Shown here: one piece after another, positions 39,881-48,754 of the stretch | Position numbering within the stretch: the first letter of the stretch is position 1 | How the letters are laid out: the number at the start of each line of letters is the position of its first letter | Assembly: GCA_965207065.1 (NCBI GenBank) | Contig: OZ242260.1 | Span: 2,752,001-2,816,000, forward strand | DNA: 64,000 nt | Direction of reading: 5' to 3' | DNA from: a bacterium | GTDB lineage: Bacteria > UBA8248 | Notes under the pieces: generated by a model | Told to the model about the DNA's origin: nothing | The model's database searches: none | What the model saw: the letters and a program-made list of their open reading frames with translations, nothing else | Made by a program: the position numbers and the translations under genes

Positions 39881-39988
39881 TCATTAGAGTCCGTGCCGGG
39901 AGCCGATGGCCCTGGACACATTGACGGGAAAAACAAAGCATCAAAATCGGCCTTGTAGCAGGCGTTCACCCAACAAGAGGGAGCGACC

Positions 39989-40861
39989 ATGAGCACAAAA
40001 AGCCTCGCCAAACTGTATTCCAACGGCAATAACCCAACCAACGGAAACGGCGCGCATAAGAAAACGCGCAGAAAAGTCACCACCGCCACCATTCGGGCGC
40101 GCAAGGGCGGAAAGAAGATTACCTCCGTCACCGCGTATGACTACCCCACGGCGAAACTCGTGGATGGCGCCGAGGTGGACGTCATCCTGGTCGGCGACAG
40201 CCTGGGCATGGTGGTTCTGGGGTATCCCGACACGACCAAGGTGACGCTCGAAGACATGGTCCACCACACCCGGGCGGTGAGCCGCGCGAAGCCCAAGGCG
40301 CTGCTCGTGGCCGATATGCCCTTCCTCACCTTCGGCGTCAGCTTGCGCGACACCATCCTGAACGCCGGCCGTCTCATCCAGGAGGGCTGCGCCGAAGCGG
40401 TGAAGCTAGAGGGCGGCGTCCGCGTCAGGGACGAGATACGCGCGGTGGTGGACAGCCAGATTCCCGTGATGGGGCACGTTGGCCTCACCCCCCAGAGCGT
40501 CCATGCGTTCGGCGGCTTCAAGGTGCAGGGAAAGACCGACGAAGGGGCGGACCAGGTGCTGCGCGACGCGGTGGCCGTGCAGGAGGGCGGCGCATTCTCC
40601 CTCGTGCTCGAGGGGATACCGGCTGAATTGGGCGCTCGCGTGACGCGCGAAGTCGACATTCCCACCATCGGCATCGGCGCAGGCCCCGATTGCGACGGCC
40701 AGGTGCTCGTCACCCATGACATGCTTCGCCTGTTCAGCGATTTCACGCCGAAATTCGTGCGCGTGTATGCCGATGTCGGGGAGATGACCACGGAGGCGAT
40801 AGAACGCTACTGCCGGGAGGTGCGAGAGGGCGCGTTTCCGGCAGAGGAGCATTGTTTCTGA
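39989..40861 (+). CDS. panB: 3-methyl-2-oxobutanoate hydroxymethyltransferase
   Basis: TAYD, LVGDSLG, DMPF, VKLEGG, GH.GLTPQ, IGIGAG..CDGQVLV..D. Confidence 0.98.
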   Translation: MSTKSLAKLYSNGNNPTNGNGAHKKTRRKVTTATIRARKGGKKITSVTAYDYPTAKLVDGAEVDVILVGDSLGMVVLGYPDTTKVTLEDMVHHTRAVSRAKPKALLVADMPFLTFGVSLRDTILNAGRLIQEGCAEAVKLEGGVRVRDEIRAVVDSQIPVMGHVGLTPQSVHAFGGFKVQGKTDEGADQVLRDAVAVQEGGAFSLVLEGIPAELGARVTREVDIPTIGIGAGPDCDGQVLVTHDMLRLFSDFTPKFVRVYADVGEMTTEAIERYCREVREGAFPAEEHCF

Positions 40862-40894
40862 TTTTTCTCAGCGAGTAGATACGATGCTGTAATC

Positions 40895-40941
40895 AGAGGG
40901 CGGTCTCCCGGTTGGGGAGTGCCGCCTTCTCTTTTGTTTTT
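40895..40941 (+). terminator. Intrinsic terminator after panB
   Basis: GC-rich stem AGAGGGCGG-T-CTCCC...GGGGAG-T-GCCGCCTTCT followed by CTTTTGTTTTT. Confidence 0.7.
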
Positions 40942-41101
40942 CACCAACCAGAGTTTCTCTCAAGCGATTCGCAGGCGCGCCAAATGGTTTTCGGGAGAGG
41001 CGGTTTGCGGACTGTGGGTGAAATGTCGTTTCCTGTTCAGGCACGGGGAGCGGATTGGAATCCGAAAACTCTCAAGAGACGCACGGCGGGGAGGGATGTC
41101 C

Positions 41102-41815
41102 ATGAAGGCGCTGGCGCAGGCCGTAAGGTTTTTGACGGTTTTGCCCTGGCCGGGCGCGCCTCGCGAACCGGAGGCGGACGACATGTCGCGCGTTCTCGTG
41201 CGCTTCCCTTTCGTCGGCCTCCTGATCGGAGTGGTCCTCATCGCTCTGGATTGGGCGCTTGCGAGCGTCTTTTCCGTTTCCGTGCGCAGCGTCCTGCTCA
41301 TTACCGCACTCATTGTGTTGACCCGGGGCAATTCCCTGAGCGGGTTGTCGGATTTCGCGGAATCGCTTGGGCCTGGAATCCATGTGAAAGAAAGGCCTTC
41401 GGTATCCATGGGTGTCCTGTTCATCATCGGCGCGCTCATGCTGAAAATCGTCGCCTTGAGTGAACTCCACGGATATGAGCGCTACCTCGCGCTCCTGGTC
41501 CCGCCCATACTCGCCCGCTCGGCGATGGCCTACATTATCGCGTCGCCGCCATCCGTGCGCGAAGCTGAGGACGCCGGTCGGGAATTTGTTCGACCGGCAA
41601 GCCCGCGAGAAGGACATATCGCGCTGGGCTGGTCTTTTCTGCTCAGCTTTCTCCTGGCATGGTTTTGGGGGCTTTTCCTGGCCATCGCGGCCTTATGCGT
41701 CACATGGGGTTTCAAGCACCTCATCCGTAAATCGGACAAGGAGGTGAGAGATACGCCTGGCGCCGCGAGCGAAATCATCGAGACCATGACGCTCGTTCTT
41801 TTTTCTGCATGGTAA
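41102..41815 (+). CDS. CobS-like membrane protein with degenerate conserved motifs
   Basis: A..FLT.LP, FP.VG..IG, L.LT.G...GL.D, D..GA..E..E layout of cobalamin synthase. SD GGGAGG favours ATG 41102. Confidence 0.75.
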   Translation: MKALAQAVRFLTVLPWPGAPREPEADDMSRVLVRFPFVGLLIGVVLIALDWALASVFSVSVRSVLLITALIVLTRGNSLSGLSDFAESLGPGIHVKERPSVSMGVLFIIGALMLKIVALSELHGYERYLALLVPPILARSAMAYIIASPPSVREAEDAGREFVRPASPREGHIALGWSFLLSFLLAWFWGLFLAIAALCVTWGFKHLIRKSDKEVRDTPGAASEIIETMTLVLFSAW

Positions 41816-42028
41816 AAGATTTTCCCTGCCTTCTTTTTTAGTTTAATAAATTTCTCCCACTGCTCCCCACTTAAATTTGAATATATTATTAATTTCAGCT
41901 AATTAAATATAATTTATTAAAGTTATACATTATATTATTAAGCTGAAATTGCCTTAAAATAATTGATATATCTCTTCTTTATTTCTCGCAGAAATCATTG
42001 TTTTTTATTGCTTTTCTCAATATTTCTG

Positions 42029-42057
42029 TTGACAGGCATCCTGTGCCGGGGTATAAG
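42029..42057 (+). promoter_or_regulatory. Putative dcw (mra) promoter
   Basis: TTGACA (42029-42034), 17 nt, TATAAG (42052-42057). Confidence 0.65.
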
Positions 42058-42068
42058 GATAAACCTAA

Positions 42069-42093
42069 GTGGGAGAATATGGGGTGAAGTGGG
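42069..42093 (+). promoter_or_regulatory. MraZ operator: three (G/A)TGGG boxes at 10-bp period
   Basis: GTGGG 42069, ATGGG 42079, GTGGG 42089. Matches the known TGGG direct-repeat MraZ site upstream of mraZ. Confidence 0.85.
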
Positions 42094-42106
42094 AGATGCA
42101 GGCAGG

Positions 42107-42556
42107 ATGCTTATCAGTTCCCATCCGGTATCAGTCGATGCAAAAGGCCGCGTCAGCATTCCGGCCCGATTCAGGGAATTCCTGAGCGCCAAGTACGGCG
42201 ACCAGGTCGTTCTTCTCGGCAAGGACGGCTGCATTTTCGCGTATCCCGTGGAAGAGTGGAAGCGCAGGTTCAGCGAGAAACTCAGTGAGCTATCGACATC
42301 CACCAAAGAAGTTCGCCGCACTCTCAGAAGACTTTATGGCCGCGCCGAATCGTGCGAGTTCGACCGGCAGGGCAGGATACTGTTGCCCGCCAAGCTGCGC
42401 GTGAGTTCTTCCATCGAGAAAGAAGCCGTTATCGTGGGAATCGAGAACAAGCTCGAGATTTGGGACAAGGGAAGATGGGATAAGGAAATGGGCGATATGG
42501 ACGATGGGGTCGCCGATGAACTTCCAGATGAGGATTTGATCGAATTCGAATTCTGA
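42107..42556 (+). CDS. mraZ: Transcriptional regulator MraZ
   Basis: D.KGR.SIP..FR, D.QGRILLP..LR, EIW. First gene of the dcw cluster. Confidence 0.96.
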   Translation: MLISSHPVSVDAKGRVSIPARFREFLSAKYGDQVVLLGKDGCIFAYPVEEWKRRFSEKLSELSTSTKEVRRTLRRLYGRAESCEFDRQGRILLPAKLRVSSSIEKEAVIVGIENKLEIWDKGRWDKEMGDMDDGVADELPDEDLIEFEF

Positions 42557-42655
42557 TGCGGGCTCATAGGGGGAGCGGGGGTGTTTGCCGCACTGGAAAA
42601 ACCAATTTCAAACAAATATGTCGCAGAGAACGACTTTTGCGGTGAGAACTTGGAC

Positions 42656-43585
42656 ATGACGGCATCTCACGTCCCGGTCATGGTTCAGGAGGTCTTGGAC
42701 TTCCTGGCGCCATCTCCGGGCGCTGTGTTCTTAGATACTACCTTGGGCGGAGGGGAACACAGCGGCGCGGTTTTGGATGCGGTTCAGCCATCGGGTGTGC
42801 TGATCGGCTGTGACCGGGACCGGGATGCTGTCGAAATCTGCAGGAAGCGGCTGTCGAACTACGGGTCCGCCGCCAGAATTCATCATGCGCATCATGGCGA
42901 AATGAAGCGCATCGTGAGAGCCGAGGGGTATGAGTCGGTCGACGGCGTTTTGTTCGACCTCGGCCTTTCCTCGATGCAGCTCGACACGCCCGGCCGCGGG
43001 TTCCGCATGAACGCGCCCGAGCCGCTGGACATGCGAATGGACCAGACGCAGGGGCCGACCGCGGCCGACTTGCTCGAGCAATTGCCGGAAGAAGAACTCG
43101 CCGATCTCATCTATCAATACGGGGAAGAACGTCACTCCCGCGCCATCGCGCGCGCCATCGGACGGGCGCGCGCGGGTGCGGGTGGAGGCGTGAAGCGTTG
43201 CGATGAGCTCGCATCGCTCATCGCCTCGGTCGCGGCCAGGAGGAGCGGCCGCCGCGGGAGGAGTTGGCGCATTCACCCCGCGACCCGGACGTTCCAGGCG
43301 CTGCGGATCGCAGTGAATCGTGAGTTGGAGACGCTCGAGGATTCCCTGCGCGATGCGGTGGACCTGCTGCGCCCGGGCGGGCGAATCGTCGTCATCAGCT
43401 TTCATTCGCTGGAAGACCGAATCGTCAAGTATCTCTTTCGTGAACTCTCCGGTGGTGAGGAGCCGACCCTCGAAGTCCTGACGCGCAAGGTTGTTCGACC
43501 CGATGAGTCGGAAGTGAGGGAAAACCCGCGCAGCCGCAGCGCGAAATTGCGTGCGGCCCGGCGCCTCGGAGAGCTTGGAGCATGA
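42656..43585 (+). CDS. rsmH: 16S rRNA m4C1402 methyltransferase
   Basis: HVPV...EV, D.TLG.G.H, DLG.SS.QLD, LDMRMD, HPATRTFQALRI.VN.E, SFHSLEDR, NPRSRSAKLR. Confidence 0.98.
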   Translation: MTASHVPVMVQEVLDFLAPSPGAVFLDTTLGGGEHSGAVLDAVQPSGVLIGCDRDRDAVEICRKRLSNYGSAARIHHAHHGEMKRIVRAEGYESVDGVLFDLGLSSMQLDTPGRGFRMNAPEPLDMRMDQTQGPTAADLLEQLPEEELADLIYQYGEERHSRAIARAIGRARAGAGGGVKRCDELASLIASVAARRSGRRGRSWRIHPATRTFQALRIAVNRELETLEDSLRDAVDLLRPGGRIVVISFHSLEDRIVKYLFRELSGGEEPTLEVLTRKVVRPDESEVRENPRSRSAKLRAARRLGELGA

Positions 43586-43944
43586 GACGCTCGAAAACCC
43601 GCAGCGGATGGCGAGAGAGAATCGGGGCGCGTTTTTTCGGCAAGGCGTCAACCGGTTCACGCGTTTCGCTGCTAAAGGCGGGTCTGTGCATTACTTTCAT
43701 CGCATGCAGCGCCGCCGCTTTGGTGTGGCCGCACCTGGAGATGGTGAAGATCGGGTATCGCTTGGCGCACCTGGAGCGTCAAAGGGGGAAGCTCTTGCAG
43801 GATAGGCGCGTTCTGCGAATAGAAGTGGCCGCGCTTCGGCAGTTGGATCGCATCGAGTCGATTGCGCGAAAAAAACTGGAAATGGTTTTTCCAGAACCCG
43901 GCCAAATAGTGTATGTAAAAGTAGGGCCTAGAAGTGTAGAGTAA
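43582..43944 (+). CDS. ftsL: Cell division protein FtsL
   Basis: Single TM segment plus coiled coil, RIE.IA..KL.M..P. Lies between rsmH and ftsI. Confidence 0.85.
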   Translation: MRRSKTRSGWRERIGARFFGKASTGSRVSLLKAGLCITFIACSAAALVWPHLEMVKIGYRLAHLERQRGKLLQDRRVLRIEVAALRQLDRIESIARKKLEMVFPEPGQIVYVKVGPRSVE

Positions 43945-43983
43945 CACCATACCTTCTTCCTCCCGCCCATAGCAGGTTGGCCC

Positions 43984-45837
43984 ATGAAGCAGGGCTTTTC
44001 TCGTCGCTTGATAATTTGCGGCTCATTGGTAGCGTTTGGATTTTGCATGTTGGGCGTCAAGCTCTTCATCATCCAGATCCGCGATCGTGACCACCTCGTA
44101 GCCTATGCGGAGCGCCAGTTGCGCCGTACGCTCGTAGTGCGTCCCAGGCGTGGAGACGTCGTGGACACAAGGGGCCGGCCTCTGGCGGTGAGCATCAATG
44201 CGCCCTCTCTTTTCGCCAACGCCAGGGTGGTGGCCGATCCCAGGAACACTTCGCTGGCGCTCAAGGAAATTCTGGGCGGCTCGGCGGAAGATTATTTTGA
44301 AAAATTGAATGGCCGCCGAAGCTATGTCTGGCTCAAGCGGAAGATCAATCCCGATCAGCAGGGAAAAATTGAAAAATTGGGGATCGACGGCCTGGGCTTT
44401 GTAAACGAAAGCAGGCGTTTTTATCCCAAGCGTGAACTCGCATCGTCTCTGGTCGGCTTCGTCGGCGTTGATGATGCGGGCATGTACGGCGTAGAGCAAT
44501 CCTATCAGGAGTACATGGGCGGTCGTGAAGGGCGCATTCGCATCCAGCGCGACGCGAAGGGCAGGTCGGTTCATCCCGAATCAAGGGTTCTCGTAGCTCC
44601 GCGACCGGGTGCGGACGTTCGCCTCACCATCGATGAGGTGCTTCAGTACATCGTCGAAAAAGAGCTGAGCGCCCAGGTCCGCCGCGTGGGCGCGCGGCGC
44701 GCCATCGGGGTGATGGTCGAGCCCCGCAGCGGCAGAATTCTGGCTCTGGCGTCCGTGCCGGGTTTTAATCCCAATACATATAAACATTACGGCGCATCCC
44801 TTTGGAAAGAGCCCGCCATCCAGGAGTTCTACGAGCCCGGCTCGACGTTCAAGATTGTCACGGCGGCGGCCTATCTGGACGCAGGCGAGGCGCTCTCGAA
44901 AAAATATTTTGCCGAAAACGGTTCCTACCGGTTTGGAGGGGGGCGTTACACCCTCCGCGATCACAAGAAATACGGCTGGCTCACCGCCGAAGAGGTGATC
45001 ATGAAATCATCGAACATCGGCGCTTTCAAGATGGCGAGGGATATCGGCAAACACCAGCTCTATTTCATGGCGCACCGGTTCGGTTTTGGACGCAAGACGG
45101 GGATCAGTTTTCCCGGGGAAGCCCGGGGCGTACTCCGTGCGCCCAGGAAATGGTCGAAAACCTCGTTGGCGGCGGTAGCCATCGGCCAGGAGGTAGGCGT
45201 CACCCCGCTTCAGATGGTGATGGCCGTGGCTGCGGTAGCGAATGGCGGCCTGATGCCCAGGCCCATTCTTCATGAATCCATCGAACGCGACGGCAAGAGA
45301 ACGCTCCCGACCCGAAGGCCGGAGTACAGGCACGTCCTCTCTCGCCCTGTTGCGGATCGTCTGGGCGCTTTGATGAGAAAGGTCGTGGCCGAGGGTACGG
45401 GGAGGAAGGCTGAAATTCCAGGCTATGGAGCCGCGGGGAAAACGGGCACGGCGCAGAAGGTTCTCCCGGGCCAAAGGGGTTACAACAGATCGAAATTCAT
45501 TATGTCGTTCGTGGGTTTCGCTCCCTACGAAAACCCCCGTTTCGCCCTGATCGTCATTTTCGATGAGGGAAAAGCGCCCGGAGGCGCATGGGGGGGGACT
45601 GTTGCGGCGCCGGTTTGGCGGCGTATCGCCTGGCAGGCGCTGCGCTACATGCGTGTGCCCCCGAAGGGAGCCAGGGTCCTGCAGGTGGCGGATTCGCGTC
45701 CCCGGGTCCGCGTTCGCGCCAACCTGGAGAACGGGAATCAAACGATGGGCGAGAAGATTCTGGATGCTGCAATACAGGTGCGCCGATATCTGCATGGCGA
45801 TCGCGGGCAGTCGGCTTCATGGGATGCGGTGCGTTGA
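43984..45837 (+). CDS. ftsI: Class B penicillin-binding protein (PBP3)
   Basis: RG...D, R.YP, EPGSTFK (SxxK), SSN, GKTGT. Confidence 0.95.
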   Translation: MKQGFSRRLIICGSLVAFGFCMLGVKLFIIQIRDRDHLVAYAERQLRRTLVVRPRRGDVVDTRGRPLAVSINAPSLFANARVVADPRNTSLALKEILGGSAEDYFEKLNGRRSYVWLKRKINPDQQGKIEKLGIDGLGFVNESRRFYPKRELASSLVGFVGVDDAGMYGVEQSYQEYMGGREGRIRIQRDAKGRSVHPESRVLVAPRPGADVRLTIDEVLQYIVEKELSAQVRRVGARRAIGVMVEPRSGRILALASVPGFNPNTYKHYGASLWKEPAIQEFYEPGSTFKIVTAAAYLDAGEALSKKYFAENGSYRFGGGRYTLRDHKKYGWLTAEEVIMKSSNIGAFKMARDIGKHQLYFMAHRFGFGRKTGISFPGEARGVLRAPRKWSKTSLAAVAIGQEVGVTPLQMVMAVAAVANGGLMPRPILHESIERDGKRTLPTRRPEYRHVLSRPVADRLGALMRKVVAEGTGRKAEIPGYGAAGKTGTAQKVLPGQRGYNRSKFIMSFVGFAPYENPRFALIVIFDEGKAPGGAWGGTVAAPVWRRIAWQALRYMRVPPKGARVLQVADSRPRVRVRANLENGNQTMGEKILDAAIQVRRYLHGDRGQSASWDAVR

Positions 45838-45851
45838 ACGGAGCAGTGGTC

Positions 45852-47342
45852 GTGAGTGAGAAAAACGCCTCATTCGAGGAATTGACGCAGGCCGTAACCG
45901 GCGCGAAGGCCGGCGGAGATTTTTCCGCCCGAATCACCGGCGTGGCCTACGACTCGCGCCTCGTGCAGGCGGGGGACGTCTTCGTTGCGGTCGCTGGTTT
46001 TCAGGCCGACGGGCACGATTTCGCCAAAGACGCGCTCGCCCGGGGCGCTGTCGCCCTCGTCGTGGAGAGAAAAATCGAGGGTGTTTCCCCCGGGGTGCCT
46101 CAATTCGTCGCGCGTTCCGGTCGCGAGGCTTTGTCCCGCATCGGCGACGCGTTCCATGGGCATCCCTCGGGAGAATTGGCGCTCATCGGCGTCACGGGCA
46201 CGAACGGAAAGACGACCACGGCGTTTCTCATCGACGCGATTCTCCGCTCCTCGGGCAGGCGCACCGGATTGATGGGAACGATTCATTACCGCGTGGGTGA
46301 TGAAGTGTTCGAGGAACCGCGGACGACCTCGGAAGGCCCCGACCTTCAGCGGTATCTGCGCCGCATGGCGAACGCCGGCGCTTCCCATGCCGTGATGGAA
46401 GTGTCGAGCCACGGACTTGCCCTGGGCAGGCTGATCGGCTGTGAATTTCAAGCGGCGGTATTCACGAATCTTACCCAGGACCATCTCGATTTTCATGGCG
46501 ACATGGAGTCTTACTTTCAGGCGAAATCAAGGCTGTTCGAAGAGTTTGCGCCCGCAAACTCCATCGTCAACGCCGATGACGCCTACGGAAGAAAAATCGC
46601 GGCGGAGGCGAGGGGAGAAGTCTGGACGTACGCCCTGGACGCCGGGGCGGACCTTGGCGTCGAGAGCCTTTCGAGTTCCCCTGCGGGCATGAGTTTCCAG
46701 ATGCTCACGCCGGCCGGAGGGGTGGGGGTCGAAACGGCGCTCATCGGCAGCCATAACCTGAGCAACATCCTGGCCGCATCGGCGGCGTGCCTCTCGCAAG
46801 GCTTGACGCCCGAAGAAGTGGCGGCGGGGGTCGCATCTCTGGAAAACATACCCGGGCGCTTTGAAAAGGTCGATATGGGGCAACCTTTTCTGGTGGTGGT
46901 GGATTACGCGCACACCGAAGATGCTCTCGCCCGCGTGCTGGAGTTCGCCCGGCCCATCACCGAGGGAAGAGTTCTCACCCTCATGGGATGCGGGGGCGAC
47001 AGGGACAGGGAAAAGCGTCCCCTCATGGCCGCCGCCGCCCTGCGTGCGAGCGACTACGTGGTGATGACGTCCGACAATCCGCGCACGGAAGACCCTGCGT
47101 CTATTCTGAGAGAAGTCGAATCCGGCGCCGCTCTCGTGCCTGGGAGCGATGGGCGCCGGCGCAGCATTCTGGACAGGCGCGAGGCGATTCGCGCCATCGT
47201 CGCAGAAGCGCGCGAAGGTGACGCCGTGGTCATCGCGGGCAAGGGGCACGAGACGTATCAGATTCTGGGAACCGAGCGTACTGCGTTCGACGATCGCGAA
47301 GAGGCCCGCACGGCGCTGCGCCTCGCGGGATACGAGAAATGA
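45852..47342 (+). CDS. murE: UDP-MurNAc-dipeptide:diaminopimelate ligase
   Basis: GTNGKTT, MEVSSH, NLTQDHLDFH, DYAHT, DNPR (mDAP-type), GKGHE. GTG start approximate (45846 or 45852). Confidence 0.96.
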   Translation: MSEKNASFEELTQAVTGAKAGGDFSARITGVAYDSRLVQAGDVFVAVAGFQADGHDFAKDALARGAVALVVERKIEGVSPGVPQFVARSGREALSRIGDAFHGHPSGELALIGVTGTNGKTTTAFLIDAILRSSGRRTGLMGTIHYRVGDEVFEEPRTTSEGPDLQRYLRRMANAGASHAVMEVSSHGLALGRLIGCEFQAAVFTNLTQDHLDFHGDMESYFQAKSRLFEEFAPANSIVNADDAYGRKIAAEARGEVWTYALDAGADLGVESLSSSPAGMSFQMLTPAGGVGVETALIGSHNLSNILAASAACLSQGLTPEEVAAGVASLENIPGRFEKVDMGQPFLVVVDYAHTEDALARVLEFARPITEGRVLTLMGCGGDRDREKRPLMAAAALRASDYVVMTSDNPRTEDPASILREVESGAALVPGSDGRRRSILDRREAIRAIVAEAREGDAVVIAGKGHETYQILGTERTAFDDREEARTALRLAGYEK

Positions 47343-48754
47343 TAGGGGCGGAATCGATGGCGGCTGTATTCAGCGCGAATGAAATTACGGCGGCTGTGAA
47401 GGGGCGTCTCCTTCGAGGAGACGGCTCGGCCCAGTCCGCAGGTGCGAGCACGGATACGCGCACGCTCGAAGCGGGCGAGCTCTTCATCGCGCTCAAGGGC
47501 CCCAACTTCGATGGAGCGGATTTCCTGGCCCAGGCGATGGAGAAAAAAGCGGCCGGTCTCGTCGTGGAGAAAGGCGCGGACGTTCCCGGTGGAGGTGCGA
47601 GTTTCGTCGTCGAGGTAGCGGACACGCTGCAGGCCCTGGGCGATCTGGCGCACGCCCACCGGAGCCGCTTCGAGATTCCCGTGGCGGGAGTAACGGGCAG
47701 CAACGGAAAGACGACGACGAAGGAGATGATAGCAGCCGTACTCTCCGCCAGAGGCGAGACGTGCAAGAGCGAGGGGAACCTGAACAACCTGGTGGGTCTC
47801 CCCCATCAGGTGCTCCGCCTGGGAGAGGAGCACGAAAACGCCGTCTTCGAGATGGGGATGAGCGAGCCCGGTGAAATCAGAAGGCTCGCCGAAATCGCCC
47901 GGCCGCAAGCCGCCGTCATCACGAACGTCGGGCCTGCGCACATCGAGGGTCTCGGCAGCGTGGAGGCGGTGCGCGATGCGAAGGGCGAGATTCTGGAAAC
48001 GATACCCCCGGGCGGCGTTGCCGTGCTCTCGAACGAGGATCCCCACAGCCGCGTCCTGGCCGGGAGGCACGAGGCAACGGGTGGACGGGTGATTCGCTTC
48101 GGTTTTTCGCCGCAAAGCGACTTCTGGGCGGATGAGATTCGCATCGACCCCGAGGGCGCGCACTTTGCGCTCCGCGGCCCCGATGGCGAGAGCGAGGTTC
48201 GGCTCCAGGCGCTGGGTCGTCATAACGTATTGAACGCTTTGGCCGCCGCGGCTTGCGCATCAGCCATGGACGTCGGCCTGGACGAAGTGGCCGACGGGCT
48301 GTCGCGGGCTGTTCTTCCGAAGATGCGGTTGCAGGCGCGCGAGATACCCGGACGCGGTGGCGTTCATCTGCTGGATGATTCCTACAACGCGAATCCTGCC
48401 TCCGTTTCCCAGGCGCTGGAGACCGCAAGCGCTCTCAGGGGCGATGGGCGGCTCATATCGGTTCTCGGAGATATGGCGGAACTGGGGCTGACAGCCGAGA
48501 GCGCTCACCGCGAGGTAGGCCGAAAAGTGGTTTCTTGCGGTGTGGACCTGTTCGTGGGCGTGGGGCCGCTGATGAGGTTCGCATCCGATGGCGCGCGCCG
48601 GGCAGGCATGGATGGCGCCCGTATCATGAATTTCGACTCGCCGGAGCAGGCCGCAGCCTCGCTGGGCGCAATGCTCCTCTCCGGCGATTGGGTATTGGTG
48701 AAGGGATCGCGTTCGATGAGGATGGAGCGCGTCATTGAAGGACTCGAAATCTGA
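47339..48754 (+). CDS. murF: UDP-MurNAc-tripeptide:D-Ala-D-Ala ligase
   Basis: TDTR, TGSNGKTTTKE, N.NN..G.P, EMGM, DSYNANP, GDMAELG, KGSR. Confidence 0.96.
   Translation: MIGAESMAAVFSANEITAAVKGRLLRGDGSAQSAGASTDTRTLEAGELFIALKGPNFDGADFLAQAMEKKAAGLVVEKGADVPGGGASFVVEVADTLQALGDLAHAHRSRFEIPVAGVTGSNGKTTTKEMIAAVLSARGETCKSEGNLNNLVGLPHQVLRLGEEHENAVFEMGMSEPGEIRRLAEIARPQAAVITNVGPAHIEGLGSVEAVRDAKGEILETIPPGGVAVLSNEDPHSRVLAGRHEATGGRVIRFGFSPQSDFWADEIRIDPEGAHFALRGPDGESEVRLQALGRHNVLNALAAAACASAMDVGLDEVADGLSRAVLPKMRLQAREIPGRGGVHLLDDSYNANPASVSQALETASALRGDGRLISVLGDMAELGLTAESAHREVGRKVVSCGVDLFVGVGPLMRFASDGARRAGMDGARIMNFDSPEQAAASLGAMLLSGDWVLVKGSRSMRMERVIEGLEI

Noticed and set aside
40935-40950. Additional solo TIR-like match (rc CTGGTTGGTGAAAAAC)
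   Set aside because: No partner end, and it overlaps the terminator T-tract, so it is probably chance.
40862-41101. Cobalamin riboswitch upstream of the cobS-like gene
   Set aside because: No B12-box or GGGAA..GGTG core found. The hairpin there is better explained as the panB terminator.
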